From an uncultured cyanobacterium (GTDB lineage Bacteria > Cyanobacteriota > Cyanobacteriia > PCC-6307 > Cyanobiaceae), in the NCBI GenBank assembly GCA_963765575.1, contig CAVXWZ010000005.1, forward strand, positions 96,001 through 160,000: a stretch of 64,000 nt of DNA. The letters run 5' to 3'. A model generated the notes under the pieces. The model saw only the letters and a list, made by a program, of their open reading frames with translations. It searched no databases and was not told the DNA's origin. Shown piece by piece: positions 28,553 through 40,406 of the stretch. Numbering within the stretch: position 1 is the stretch's first letter; every line of letters starts with the position of its first letter. The position numbers and the translations under genes are program-made.

Positions 28553-29538
28553 GCCGGATCGGTACTGGCCGGTTGGAGGGAGACCAAGTCGTCGTCGCCG
28601 GTGGCGATGAAGTAGCGCCGCTCAATCAGTTCATGCAGCCGGTTGAGGTCGCCCTGGAGGGCATCGATCGACTCGTGCAGACCGCTGGCGATCAGATCCT
28701 CAATGTGGGTGTAGCTCCAGCGGCCCAGGGTGATGCCGCTGAGGCATTCCAGGTCGTCGGGCACCGCCGGCACCGCCTGCCCGCGCACGATGTGCAGGGT
28801 TTCGTGGATGCGCTGCAGGCAGTAGCGCACCGAGCGGGGGAAGATCGGATTGAGCAGCAGGAAGGCGGCCACCTCCTGCGGTTCGATCGCCTGCTGGCGG
28901 GCCTGCCGGAACATCTGGTAAGCGCCGGCGCTGCGCAGCAGGGAGATCCATTGCAGTTCATCCAGCACGCCACCCACCTCATCGGGGGAGGGCAGCAGCA
29001 GGAAGTACTTCACATCCAGGATCCGGGTGGTCTTGTCGGCCCGCTCCAGCAATCGCCCCAGGCGGCTGAACTGCCAGGAGAGGTCGCGGCTGAGGGTGGC
29101 ATCGGTGATGCCGTAGAAGAGCTGGCAGGCCCGGCGGATCTCGCGCAGCACCTCCTGGGGCTGCTGGCGCCAGAAGCCCTCGTTCTCCTGCAGGGTCCAG
29201 TAGATGTCGTTGATCTGCTCCCACATCTCCGTGGTGATCACCTCACGGATCTGGCGGGCGTTCTCGCGGGCGTGACGGATGCAGTTCATCACGCTGCTGG
29301 GGTTGGCTTCCGCCGACACCAGGAACTCCACCACCTCGTCGGGCGTGCCGCGGGGATAGAGGGTGTCGAACAGTTCGCGGTCGCCGCTGGCATCGATCAG
29401 TGGCAGCCAGGGCTCGGCGCTGCCCGGTGGGCAGTCGAGGGCCATGGCCTCGCTCACCTCCACGAAGCGGGAGATGTTCTCAGCCCGCTCCACATAGCGG
29501 TTGATCCAGTAGAGCGAATCGGCGACGCGGCTCAGCAT
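28537..29538 (-). CDS. Alpha-E domain protein (DUF403)
   Basis: MLSRVADSLYWINRYVERAEN, ARENAR, LERADKT, FPRSV. Confidence 0.93.
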   Translation of the reverse strand: MLSRVADSLYWINRYVERAENISRFVEVSEAMALDCPPGSAEPWLPLIDASGDRELFDTLYPRGTPDEVVEFLVSAEANPSSVMNCIRHARENARQIREVITTEMWEQINDIYWTLQENEGFWRQQPQEVLREIRRACQLFYGITDATLSRDLSWQFSRLGRLLERADKTTRILDVKYFLLLPSPDEVGGVLDELQWISLLRSAGAYQMFRQARQQAIEPQEVAAFLLLNPIFPRSVRYCLQRIHETLHIVRGQAVPAVPDDLECLSGITLGRWSYTHIEDLIASGLHESIDALQGDLNRLHELIERRYFIATGDDDLVSLQPASTDPACVLA

Positions 29539-30971
29539 GAGGGCTCTCCCACGATCCAGGTGTCCTTGCAGCCTCCGCCCTGGGAGGAGTTCACCACCAG
29601 TGAACCGCGCCGCAGGGCCACCCGGGTGAGGCCCCCCGGGCTGACCCACGACCCCTTGCCCCGCAGCACGTAGGGCCGCAGGTCCACGTGGCAGGGGAAC
29701 AGCTCGCCCTCGCTCAGGGATGGCACGGTGGAGAGCTCCAGGGTGGGTTGGGCGATGTAGTTGCGCGGCCGGGCCTTGATCTTCTCAGCAAACTCGGCGA
29801 TCTCCTCCGCTGCGGCATGGGGGCCGATCAGCATCCCGTAGCCGCCGGCCTCCGCCACCGCCTTCACCACCAGGTCCTTGAGGTGGGCCAGCACGTAGGC
29901 CTGGTCGTCGGGCCTGGAGCAGATGTAGGTGGGCACGTTCTCGATGATCGGCTCCTGGCCCAGGTAGTAGCGGATCATCTCCGGCACATAGGCGTAGATG
30001 AGCTTGTCGTCGGCCACGCCGGTGCCGGGGGCGTTGGCGATCGCCACCCGGCCGGTGCGGTAGGTCTCCATCAGCCCCGCCACCCCCAGCACCGAGTCGC
30101 TGCGGAACACGGTGGGATCGAGGAAGTCGTCGTCGATGCGCCGGTAGATCACATCCACCAGCTCCAGGCCGGTGGTGCTGCGCAGCCACACGCGGCCGTC
30201 CTGCACCACCAGGTCACGGCCCTCCACCAGCTGGATGCCCATCTGCTGGGCCAGGTAGCTGTGCTCGAAGTAGGCGCTGTTGTAGACCCCGGGGGTGAGC
30301 AGCACCACGTTGGGGGTTTCGGTCCAGGGGGCCAGCTCGCGCAGGGACTGCAGCAGGTGCGAGGGGTAGTCGTCGATCGGCTGCACCGTGCGCCCGGTGA
30401 ACAGGCTGGGGAACATGCGCTTCATCACGCGCCGGTTCTCCAGGAAGTAGGCGACTCCCGAGGGGCAGCGCAGGTTGTCCTCCAGCACCCGCCAGGTGCC
30501 CTGGCCGTCGCGCACCAGGTCGAGGCCGGAGACGTGGCACCACTTGCCCAGGGGCGGCTTGAACCCCAGCAGCTGGGGACGCCAGCCCTGGGAGCTGACC
30601 ACGTCCTCCCGCGGCAGTACGCCGTCGTTGAGGATGCGCTGATTGCCGTAGACGTCAGCCAGGAACAGGTCGATGGCCTCCAGTCGCTGGACCAGGCCGC
30701 GCTCGAGGGTCTGCCAGTCGGCGCTGCTGATCAGGCGCGGCAGCGGATCGAAGGGCAGGATCCGCTCCACCCCCCGCTCGTCGGAGTCGTTGAGGCGGAA
30801 GGTGGCCCCCAGCCGCTTGAGCAGGTTGCTGGCCGCGGCGTGGTTGCGGTTGAGCTCGGCCAGCCCCAGCTGGCCGAGGGAGGTGAGCAGTGGCCGCAGG
30901 GTGCTGCGCGGCTCGTCGAAGGCGCTGAAGTACTCGTCGTAGCCGCGGCGGGGGCGATAGTCGGTGAACAT
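29532..30971 (-). CDS. Circularly permuted type 2 ATP-grasp protein
   Basis: VLEDNLRCPSG, NSAYFEH, YRRIDDDFLDP, PGGLTRVAL, NSSQGGGCKDTW. Confidence 0.95.
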   Translation of the reverse strand: MFTDYRPRRGYDEYFSAFDEPRSTLRPLLTSLGQLGLAELNRNHAAASNLLKRLGATFRLNDSDERGVERILPFDPLPRLISSADWQTLERGLVQRLEAIDLFLADVYGNQRILNDGVLPREDVVSSQGWRPQLLGFKPPLGKWCHVSGLDLVRDGQGTWRVLEDNLRCPSGVAYFLENRRVMKRMFPSLFTGRTVQPIDDYPSHLLQSLRELAPWTETPNVVLLTPGVYNSAYFEHSYLAQQMGIQLVEGRDLVVQDGRVWLRSTTGLELVDVIYRRIDDDFLDPTVFRSDSVLGVAGLMETYRTGRVAIANAPGTGVADDKLIYAYVPEMIRYYLGQEPIIENVPTYICSRPDDQAYVLAHLKDLVVKAVAEAGGYGMLIGPHAAAEEIAEFAEKIKARPRNYIAQPTLELSTVPSLSEGELFPCHVDLRPYVLRGKGSWVSPGGLTRVALRRGSLVVNSSQGGGCKDTWIVGEPSC

Positions 30972-31024
30972 GGCTGGCCAGGGCGGCACCTGGGGATCAT
31001 CCGAGAGCGGCCGGGGGCCGACTG

Positions 31025-31038
31025 GTGTGGGTTGTTAC
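31025..31038 (-). promoter_or_regulatory. Putative NtcA box upstream of ATP-grasp operon
   Basis: Minus strand GTA-acaaccca-CAC, GATGAT 23 nt downstream, in the 83-nt ureC/ATP-grasp gap. Confidence 0.55.
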
Positions 31039-31054
31039 GAAACCCGCATCCCCC

Positions 31055-32776
<1,722 letters not shown>

Positions 32777-32839
32777 GGGGTGGGCGGCGGTGAGTCGCGG
32801 CGGGCGTGGGGGGCAGGCGAGCGGGCTGATGCGGCGCAG

Positions 32840-33157
32840 TCAGTCGAGGGGACCGTTCACCAGGCCGTTGAACCCCACCACCCGACGGGCGCCGGCGAAG
32901 GGCACCAGATTCACGCTGCGGCTGTCGCCCGGCTCGAAGCGGATCGCCGTGCCGGCCGGGATGTCCAGCCGCAGCCCGCGCGTGATCTCGCGGTCGAACG
33001 CCAGGGCGCTGTTGGCTTCATGGAAGTGGAAGTGGGAGCCCACCTGCACCGGCCGGTCGCCGGTATTGGCCACCACCACGCTGGTCACCGGGCGGCCGGC
33101 GTTGAGCTCGATCTCGCCGGGCTCGGGGATCAGTTCGCCTGGGATGAGGGGCGGCAT
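32840..33157 (-). CDS. ureB: Urease beta subunit
   Basis: [32 protein letters not shown]. Confidence 0.98.
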   Translation of the reverse strand: MPPLIPGELIPEPGEIELNAGRPVTSVVVANTGDRPVQVGSHFHFHEANSALAFDREITRGLRLDIPAGTAIRFEPGDSRSVNLVPFAGARRVVGFNGLVNGPLD

Positions 33158-33192
33158 CGGTGCGGTGCAGCGGTTGGGGCCTGGAGGGGACG

Positions 33193-33495
33193 TCAGCGGA
33201 TCGGCTCGTGCAGGGTCACCAGCTTGGTGCCGTCGGGAAAAACGGCCTCGATCTGCACCTCCGGCACCAGCTCAGGCACCCCCTCCATCACCTGCTCGCG
33301 GCCCAGCCAGCCACTGCCCTCCTCCATCAGCTGGGCCACGGTCTTGCCGTCGCGGGCACCTTCCAGCACCTGGAAGCTCAGCCAGGCCACCGCTTCCGGG
33401 TGGTTGAGCCGCAGGCCGCGGTGGAGCCGGCGCTCCGCCAGCAGGGCGGCGGTGACGATCAGCAGCTTGTCCTTTTCCTGGGGTGAGAGGTGCAA
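33193..33495 (-). CDS. ureA: Urease gamma subunit
   Basis: (TTG)[29 protein letters not shown]. Confidence 0.97.
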   Translation of the reverse strand: MHLSPQEKDKLLIVTAALLAERRLHRGLRLNHPEAVAWLSFQVLEGARDGKTVAQLMEEGSGWLGREQVMEGVPELVPEVQIEAVFPDGTKLVTLHEPIR

Positions 33496-33556
33496 TCGTC
33501 CTGGGGTGAGAAGTGCATCCTGGACCAGCCTGGCAGCGCCGCCGGGCCCGGCCGGT

Positions 33557-34492
33557 TCAGAGCGAACCACCATGACTCCAGGGATCCTCCTGGAACGGCC
33601 ACACCCGTGGCAACTGGGGTGGGCTGAGCCGGCGGCACTGGCGGGTCAGCGCCCACAACCGCGTGAACCAGTAGCGGGCAGCCTGGCTGGAGTCGCCGCG
33701 GTAGCGGGCGATCAGGCCCTGGTCCAGGCAGCCCACCGCCATGTCACCCTCCAGCCCCTCGCGGGCGTGGCGGCCCGCGACGGCCAGCGCCGCCAGCTGC
33801 TGGGCCGGCAGTCCATCGGGGGCGGCCCACACCAGCGAGCCCAGCACCGGCTGGCCGCCCATGCCGTGGGGACTGGCCAGGGCCTCGCCGTCCAGGCTGA
33901 GGTGGTCCACCAGCTCCCAGCGGCGCTGGCCGTGGGGCCCCAGCCGCTGGATCTCCAGGCTGGAGCGCCAGCAGCCCGACCCCAACCCCTCGCCGGCGGC
34001 ACTGCGGCCCAGCCGCACCACATCCACCCCCAGCCAGCTCGCCCCAGCCGCCAGCTGCACCCGGCAGCTCTGCTCAAACAGGCCATCGGCGTAGAGCACC
34101 AGCTCCTGGGGCAGCCACTCCAGATCCGCCCCCTCCTGCAGGTCCACCCGCAGGCTCTGGCGGGCCCAGCGCGGCCTGGTGTGCTCGCTGCGGAAGCGGC
34201 CCACCGAGCCGTAGACCTTCTGGGCGGCCACGGTGGTGAGCAGGCCGCGGCTGTCGGCGAGAGCCTCCAGCGTCAGGTCGAGGTCGTCGCCGCCCACCAG
34301 GCCCCCGGCCGTGTGCAGCAGGGGAAGTTGCAGGCGCCGGTCGGGGCCGGGGAAGGCCCGCTGCCACTTCAGGGGCGCCGTGGCGCCAGCGCGGTAGCGG
34401 CCCGGTTGCGGATCCAGCCGCAGCCAGGCGCGGGCTTGCCAGCCGGCGAGCGCTTCAGGCGACGGCATCGGCAGGCACGGGCGCTGATCCAC
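33557..34492 (-). CDS. ureD: Urease accessory protein UreD
   Basis: [27 protein letters not shown]. Confidence 0.93.
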   Translation of the reverse strand: MDQRPCLPMPSPEALAGWQARAWLRLDPQPGRYRAGATAPLKWQRAFPGPDRRLQLPLLHTAGGLVGGDDLDLTLEALADSRGLLTTVAAQKVYGSVGRFRSEHTRPRWARQSLRVDLQEGADLEWLPQELVLYADGLFEQSCRVQLAAGASWLGVDVVRLGRSAAGEGLGSGCWRSSLEIQRLGPHGQRRWELVDHLSLDGEALASPHGMGGQPVLGSLVWAAPDGLPAQQLAALAVAGRHAREGLEGDMAVGCLDQGLIARYRGDSSQAARYWFTRLWALTRQCRRLSPPQLPRVWPFQEDPWSHGGSL

Positions 34493-34569
34493 TCTTCCAG
34501 ACCCTGGCAGAGCGGCGCGGCCCCATGCTGAGATCGGGGCCCACGGCCTGCGTCCGTCCCGGCAACGTC

Positions 34570-35046
34570 ATGACCCCTCCCGTGTTCAGCCGCCGCCACC
34601 CCGGCCCGCCGCCCGCGGCCGCCCTGCGCTGGCAGCTGCCGCTCACGGCCGAGGAGCGCAGCCGCTTCCGGGGCCGTCGCCGCAGCGCCCATGGAGAGGA
34701 GGTGCTGCTGCAGCTGCCCCGGGGCGAGGCCCTGCGGCCGGGCGAGTGGCTCTGCGGCGACGACCCCCGGCCCCTGTGGCTGCAGGTGCAGGCGGCCCTG
34801 GAGCCGCTGCTGCGGGTGCGGGCGGCCGACGGGCCGGCCCTGCTGCAGGCGGCCTACCACCTGGGCAACCGACACGTGGCCCTGGAGATCCGCGCCGCCG
34901 AGCTGCTGCTGCTGGACGATCCCGTGCTGGCCGAGCTGCTGCTGCACCGCGGGCTGCAGGTGGAGACCATCACGGCGCCGTTCCGGCCGGAGGCCGGTGC
35001 CTATGGCCATGCCCACAGCCATGACGTCCACGCCCCGGAGGCCTGA
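34570..35046 (+). CDS. ureE: Urease accessory protein UreE
   Basis: AAYHLGNRH, FRPEAGAY, His-rich tail. Confidence 0.93.
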   Translation: MTPPVFSRRHPGPPPAAALRWQLPLTAEERSRFRGRRRSAHGEEVLLQLPRGEALRPGEWLCGDDPRPLWLQVQAALEPLLRVRAADGPALLQAAYHLGNRHVALEIRAAELLLLDDPVLAELLLHRGLQVETITAPFRPEAGAYGHAHSHDVHAPEA

Positions 35047-35049
35047 GCG

Positions 35050-35805
35050 ATGCCGATGGGTCTGGAGTTGCTGCGCCTCTTCCAGCTGGTGAGCCCGGCG
35101 CTGCCGGTGGGCGCCTTTTCCTACTCCGAAGGCCTGGAGGTGTTGGTGCAGGCTGGCCGACTCCCTGACGCCCCGGCCGTGAAGGCCTGGCTGGAGGCGG
35201 AGCTGCGCCGGGGGCTGGTGGCCGTGGAGGCCGCCGCCCTGCCGGCCCTGATGGAGGCGCTGGCCAGCGGGCAATGGGCTGCCGCCGGCGACCACGACGG
35301 CTGGCTGCTGGCCCAGCGCGAGGCCCCCGAACTGCGGGTCCAGCAACGCCAGATGGGCCGCTCGTTGCTGCAGTTGCTGGCCGATCTGGGCTGGCCCCAG
35401 GTCCCGTTGCCCCTGGGCTGGAGCGGGGCCTGGGCCTGGGCCGGCGTCTGCCTGGAGCTCTCCCCCCAGCCGCTGCTCGAGGCCTATCTCTACGGCTGGA
35501 CGGCCAGCCAGCTCAGTGCGGCGGTGCGGCTGGTGCCCCTCGGCCCCACCGAGGCCCAGCGCCTGCAGCTGTCCCTGGGACCCCTGATTGCCGAGCGTGC
35601 CTGTGCGCTGCTGGCGATCGCCAGCCAGGCCGCGGCATCCGCTACTGAGGCTGAGGCTGAGCTGGGGGCAGGGGCAGGGGCTGAGGCCACTGGTCGCGAT
35701 GTCGCTGGCGTGGGCAGCTGGAGGCTGCTCTGGAGCGCTGGGGTGGGTGCCGCGGGGGCCCAGCTCCGCCATGCTGAGCTCTACACGCGGCTGTTTCGCA
35801 GCTGA
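35050..35805 (+). CDS. ureF: Urease accessory protein UreF
   Basis: SPALPVGAFSYSEGLE, RLFRS C-terminus. Confidence 0.95.
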   Translation: MPMGLELLRLFQLVSPALPVGAFSYSEGLEVLVQAGRLPDAPAVKAWLEAELRRGLVAVEAAALPALMEALASGQWAAAGDHDGWLLAQREAPELRVQQRQMGRSLLQLLADLGWPQVPLPLGWSGAWAWAGVCLELSPQPLLEAYLYGWTASQLSAAVRLVPLGPTEAQRLQLSLGPLIAERACALLAIASQAAASATEAEAELGAGAGAEATGRDVAGVGSWRLLWSAGVGAAGAQLRHAELYTRLFRS

Positions 35806-35832
35806 GTTTGCAGCTGAGGAGAGCGGGCGTCG

Positions 35833-36432
35833 ATGAGCAAATTGCGGGTGGGGGTGGCCGGACCGGTGGGCTCCGGCAAGACGGCCCTGGTGGAAGCGCT
35901 CTGCCGCCGTCTGCGCCAGCGCCTGCAGTTGGGGGTTGTCACCAACGACATCTACACCCAGGAGGACGCCCAGTTTCTGACCCGCGTCGGTGCCCTGGAG
36001 CCGGAACGCATCCGCGGGGTGGAAACCGGTGGCTGCCCCCACACGGCCATCCGCGAGGACTGCTCGATCAACCGGGCGGCCGTGGCCGAGCTGGAGCAGG
36101 CCTTCCCCGATCTCGATCTGGTGTTCGTTGAGAGTGGTGGCGACAACCTGGCAGCGAGCTTCAGTCCCGAGCTCGTGGATCTGTGCATCTACGTGATTGA
36201 TGTGGCCGCCGGTGACAAGATTCCCCGCAAGGGCGGTCCGGGGATCACCCGCTCCGACCTGCTGGTGATCAACAAGATCGACCTGGCACCAATGGTGGGG
36301 GCCAGCCTGGAGGTGATGGAGCGCGACACCGAACGCATGCGCGGTGGCCGGCCCTGGTGCTTCACCAACATTCGCAGCGGCGAAGGGGTGGAGGCCGTGG
36401 AGGATTTTCTGTGGCGACAGCTACCAGGCTGA
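35833..36432 (+). CDS. ureG: Urease accessory GTPase UreG
   Basis: [25 protein letters not shown]. Confidence 0.98.
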   Translation: MSKLRVGVAGPVGSGKTALVEALCRRLRQRLQLGVVTNDIYTQEDAQFLTRVGALEPERIRGVETGGCPHTAIREDCSINRAAVAELEQAFPDLDLVFVESGGDNLAASFSPELVDLCIYVIDVAAGDKIPRKGGPGITRSDLLVINKIDLAPMVGASLEVMERDTERMRGGRPWCFTNIRSGEGVEAVEDFLWRQLPG

Positions 36433-36496
36433 GCATCGGCCTGCGCCCAGGTCATCAGATCGTCAGCGACTCAAGTTGTCAGCGAGTCAAGAAAGG

Positions 36497-36538
36497 GTGC
36501 CTGTTGCTACAGGGTTGAGCTCTGGCTCTGAATACCGT
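36497..36538 (+). promoter_or_regulatory. NtcA class II-type promoter of urtA
   Basis: GTG-cctgttgc-TAC, exactly 22 nt, TACCGT (TAN3T). Confidence 0.75.
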
Positions 36539-36617
36539 CCCAACGACCGCTCAGAAGCAGCGGACCATCCACAGGTTTTTCAGAGTGTCGATGTATCCCT
36601 CCTTCCTGCGTGGCGCC

Positions 36618-37907
36618 ATGGCTCGCCGCTCTCCCCTGCGCGTGGTCGCCGGCACCACCATGCTGGCGATGTCCTTCTCGCTGGTGGCCTGTGGATCGGG
36701 CGGCGGCGATGAAGCCGCCGGAGACTTTGACGGTGAAGTGAAGGTGGGGATTCTGCATTCCCGCTCCGGCACCATGGCCATCTCCGAGAACACGGTGGCC
36801 GAAGCTGAGTTGATGGCCATCGCTGAGATCAACAAGGCCGGCGGTATCACGATCGGTGAGGAGCAGCTGAAGATTGTTCCGATCGAGGAGGATGGTGCTT
36901 CTGATTGGCCCACCTTTGCCGAGAAGGCCCAGAAGCTGATTGACCAGGATGAGGTGGCCGTGGTCTTCGGCGGTTGGACCTCTGCCAGTCGCAAGGCGAT
37001 GCTGCCGGTGTTTGAAGCCGCGAATCACTTCCTCTACTACCCGATTCAATACGAGGGCCAGGAGTGCTCCGCAAACATCTTCTACGCCGGTGCCGCCCCC
37101 AACCAGCAGGCCGAGCCTGCCGTGGAGTGGTTGCTGGAGAACAAGGGCAAGGACTTCTTCCTGGTGGGATCTGACTACGTCTATCCCCGCACCGCCAACA
37201 CGATCATGAAAGAGCAGCTCGCGGCCTCCGGTGGCACCGTGGTGGGCGAGGACTATCTGCCCCTGGGCAACACCGAGGTGGCGCCGATCATCTCCAAGAT
37301 CCGTCAGGCACTGCCCGATGGCGGCGTGATCGTGAACACGCTCAACGGTGACAGCAACGTTGCCTTCTTCAAGCAGCTGCAGGCCGCCGACATCACCCCG
37401 GCAAACGGCTACACGATCATGAGCTTCTCGGTGGCGGAGGAGGAAGTGGCCGCCATTGGTCCGGAGTACCTGGAGGGCACCTTTGCCGCCTGGAACTTCT
37501 TCCAGACCCTCGACACTCCTGAGTCGACTGAATTCACCAAGGCCTTCCAGAAGAAGTATGGCGACAACCGGGTCACCAACGATCCCGCCGAGTCTGCCTA
37601 CAACATGGTCTATCTCTGGGCGGCTGGTGCCGAGAAAGCTGGCACTGTCGAAAACGAGGCCGTGCGCGAGGCCCTGATCGGCGTCAGCTTTGATGCGCCC
37701 CAGGGCACCGTCACCGTGCAGCCCAACCACCACCTCGAGAAGCGGGTGTTGATTGGCGAGGTGAAAGACGATGGCATGTTCGAGATCGTCGAGGACAAGG
37801 GCTTCGTCAAGCCGATTGCCTGGAACCAGTTCGTGCCGGAGACCAAGGGTTACACCTGCGACTGGACACGCACCGATGTGCCCAACCCCGGCAAGTTCCA
37901 GATGTGA
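36618..37907 (+). CDS. urtA: Urea ABC transporter substrate-binding lipoprotein
   Basis: Lipobox LVAC, SGTMAISE, GGWTSASRK, YPIQYEG, GSDYVYPR; start could be 36585-36660. Confidence 0.97.
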   Translation: MARRSPLRVVAGTTMLAMSFSLVACGSGGGDEAAGDFDGEVKVGILHSRSGTMAISENTVAEAELMAIAEINKAGGITIGEEQLKIVPIEEDGASDWPTFAEKAQKLIDQDEVAVVFGGWTSASRKAMLPVFEAANHFLYYPIQYEGQECSANIFYAGAAPNQQAEPAVEWLLENKGKDFFLVGSDYVYPRTANTIMKEQLAASGGTVVGEDYLPLGNTEVAPIISKIRQALPDGGVIVNTLNGDSNVAFFKQLQAADITPANGYTIMSFSVAEEEVAAIGPEYLEGTFAAWNFFQTLDTPESTEFTKAFQKKYGDNRVTNDPAESAYNMVYLWAAGAEKAGTVENEAVREALIGVSFDAPQGTVTVQPNHHLEKRVLIGEVKDDGMFEIVEDKGFVKPIAWNQFVPETKGYTCDWTRTDVPNPGKFQM

Positions 37908-37998
37908 GTGTGGTCGTGATGCGGTGGCCGTTGCCTGGCTGACCCTTCACGATCCCAGATCTGCTTGTAGCGGCTGCCCTGCATGGGGTTGATGCCAT

Positions 37999-38030
37999 GG
38001 GGGAAGTGCTGGACTTCCCCCTTTTCTTTC
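37999..38030 (+). terminator. Rho-independent terminator-like hairpin between urtA and urtB
   Basis: gggggaagt-gctgg-acttccccc then ttttctttc. Confidence 0.75.
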
Positions 38031-38066
38031 ATTCCATCCTGTCGTTGATCCGCCCTGGGCGGCCGC

Positions 38067-39224
38067 ATGACTCTTCTCTACGAAACGCTCTTCAATGGTC
38101 TGGCGATCGGCTCGGTGCTGATGCTGGCCGCCCTCGGCCTGGCGGTGGTCTTCGGGTTGATGGGCGTGATCAACATGGCCCACGGTGAACTGATGATGAT
38201 TGGTGCCTACACCACCTTTGTGGTGCAGAACCTCTTCCGCAGTGGGCCGCTGGAGGGGCTGTTCCCGATTTACATCCTGGTGGCGATTCCCGCGGCCTTC
38301 TTGGTGAGTGGTCTGGCGGGCCTGCTGCTGGAGAAAACGGTGATTCGCCGCCTCTACGGCCGGCCCCTGGAGACCCTGCTGGCCACCTGGGGAGTGAGCC
38401 TGATCCTGCAGCAGTTCGTGCGCTCGGTGAGCACTGCCTTCGCGCTCGGGCTGGTCACGGCCGTGGTGCTGGGCATTTTGCTGCCGCGCTTCACGCCAGC
38501 CCGCTGGTGGCGCCAGCGCTGGACCCCGCTGCTGGGGGTTGGCAGCTGGGTTGGCGCGGGTGCGCTGGGCATCGCCCTGGCCTCCGCCCTCTCCGCCGTG
38601 CGCGCCTTGCGCCAACCCTGGTTCAGCGCCCGCAACCTGGATGTCACCGCTCCCCAGTGGTTGCGGGGGGCCATTGATCTGGGGGGTGTGAACATGCCGG
38701 TGGGGCGTCTGTTCATCATCGCCTTGACGCTGCTGTCGGTGATCGCCGTCACCTGGTTTCTGCAGAAGAGCGTCTGGGGTATCCGCATCCGCTCGGTGAC
38801 CCAGAATCGGCCGATGAGCAACTGCCTGGGCATCCCCACCGAGGCTGTTGATGCGCTCACCTTTCTGGTGGGATCGGGACTGGCCGGGGTGGCCGGGGTG
38901 GCCGTGAGTCTGCTGGGGTCGGTGGGGCCCAACCTCGGCGGCAACTACATCGTGGACTGCTTCATGGTGGTGGTGCTGGGCGGCGTGGGCAAACTGCTGG
39001 GCACCGTGGTGGCGGCCTTGGGGATCGGCCTGGTCTCCTACATCCTGGGCTCAGGCTCCCTGCTGTTGCTCTGGCCGGCCATGCCGGAAGCGCTCAATCA
39101 GCTGGTGACATTTTTCGCCACGACTTCGATGGCCAAGGTGCTCGTGTTTGCCCTGATCGTGGTGTTTCTGCAGATCAGGCCCGCTGGCATCTTTCCCCAG
39201 AAGGGTCGCCTGGTGGAGGCCTGA
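38067..39224 (+). CDS. urtB: Urea ABC transporter permease
   Basis: GLMGVINMAHGE, RPLETLLATWG. Confidence 0.96.
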   Translation: MTLLYETLFNGLAIGSVLMLAALGLAVVFGLMGVINMAHGELMMIGAYTTFVVQNLFRSGPLEGLFPIYILVAIPAAFLVSGLAGLLLEKTVIRRLYGRPLETLLATWGVSLILQQFVRSVSTAFALGLVTAVVLGILLPRFTPARWWRQRWTPLLGVGSWVGAGALGIALASALSAVRALRQPWFSARNLDVTAPQWLRGAIDLGGVNMPVGRLFIIALTLLSVIAVTWFLQKSVWGIRIRSVTQNRPMSNCLGIPTEAVDALTFLVGSGLAGVAGVAVSLLGSVGPNLGGNYIVDCFMVVVLGGVGKLLGTVVAALGIGLVSYILGSGSLLLLWPAMPEALNQLVTFFATTSMAKVLVFALIVVFLQIRPAGIFPQKGRLVEA

Positions 39225-39227
39225 GCC

Positions 39228-40406
39228 ATGGCTGTTCTGGATCCCGCTGCCAAAGCATCCACTGCTGCCGCCTCCCCCTCGCAGCGCTGGCGTGGCTGGC
39301 TGCTGCTGGCCGTGATCGTGGGGCTGGCGCTGGTGCTGCCGGCGATCCTGCCGGTGTTTCGCCTCAAGCTGCTGGGGCGCTTTCTCTCCCTGGGCATCGC
39401 CGCCCTGGGCATTGATCTGATCTGGGGCTTCACGGGCCTGCTGAGCCTGGGCCAGGGGATTTTCTTCGCCCTCGGTGGCTATGCGGTGGCCATGAACCTG
39501 CTGCTGATCAACCTGGAGCCGGGACAGCTGCCGGAATTCTTCGGCCTCTACGGCGTCAGCGAACTGCCGGCCTTCTGGCAGCCCTTCAATTCTTCGCTGT
39601 TCACGCTCTTCGCCATCTGGCTGATTCCGGCTCTGGTGGCTGGATTCCTGGGCTATCTGGTGTTCCGCAACCGCATCAAGGGTGTCTACTTCTCGATCCT
39701 CACCCAGGCGTCGCTGCTGGTGTTCTTCAACCTCTTCAATGGCCAGCAGCGGCTGATCAATGGCACCAACGGCCTCAAGACCCAAACGGCCCTGATCTTC
39801 GGCCAGCAGGTGGGCAGTGACCCGATGCAGCGCTACTTCTTCTGGCTCTCGGTGCTGCTGGTGGTGCTGGCCTTTCTGCTCTGCCGCTGGCTCACCCGCG
39901 GACGCTTCGGTGATGCCCTGATCGCCATCCGCGACGATGAGCCGCGCATGCGCTTCACCGGCTACAACCCCACGGCCTACAAGACCGTGGTCTTTGCCAT
40001 CGCCGGTGCCCTGGCCGGTATCAGCGGCGCTCTTTATACGGTCCAGTCCGGCATCGTATCGCCGCAGTTCATGGCGGTGCCCTTCTCGATCGAGATGGTG
40101 ATCTGGGTGGCGGTGGGGGGCCGGGGCACCCTGATCGGGGCCGTGCTCGGTGCCCTGGTGATCAACTTTGCCAAGAGCCTGGTGAGTGAGGCCCTGCCGG
40201 AAACCTGGCTGTTCATCCAGGGGGCCCTGTTTCTGCTGGTGGTCACGGCCCTGCCGGACGGCCTGGTGGGCTGGTGGCGCCAGGGTGGTCCGCGCAGCAT
40301 CCAGGCGATGGTGGGGTGGCCGCCCCTGGCGCCCACCTATCCCGCCCTCGACCTCGATCCCGCCGTCCAGGCCGAGAAAGCAGAGCTCAAAGGGGGTCGG
40401 CGATGA
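39228..40406 (+). CDS. urtC: Urea ABC transporter permease
   Basis: GLLSLGQG, GVYFSILTQA, WVAVGGRGTL. Confidence 0.96.
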   Translation: MAVLDPAAKASTAAASPSQRWRGWLLLAVIVGLALVLPAILPVFRLKLLGRFLSLGIAALGIDLIWGFTGLLSLGQGIFFALGGYAVAMNLLLINLEPGQLPEFFGLYGVSELPAFWQPFNSSLFTLFAIWLIPALVAGFLGYLVFRNRIKGVYFSILTQASLLVFFNLFNGQQRLINGTNGLKTQTALIFGQQVGSDPMQRYFFWLSVLLVVLAFLLCRWLTRGRFGDALIAIRDDEPRMRFTGYNPTAYKTVVFAIAGALAGISGALYTVQSGIVSPQFMAVPFSIEMVIWVAVGGRGTLIGAVLGALVINFAKSLVSEALPETWLFIQGALFLLVVTALPDGLVGWWRQGGPRSIQAMVGWPPLAPTYPALDLDPAVQAEKAELKGGRR

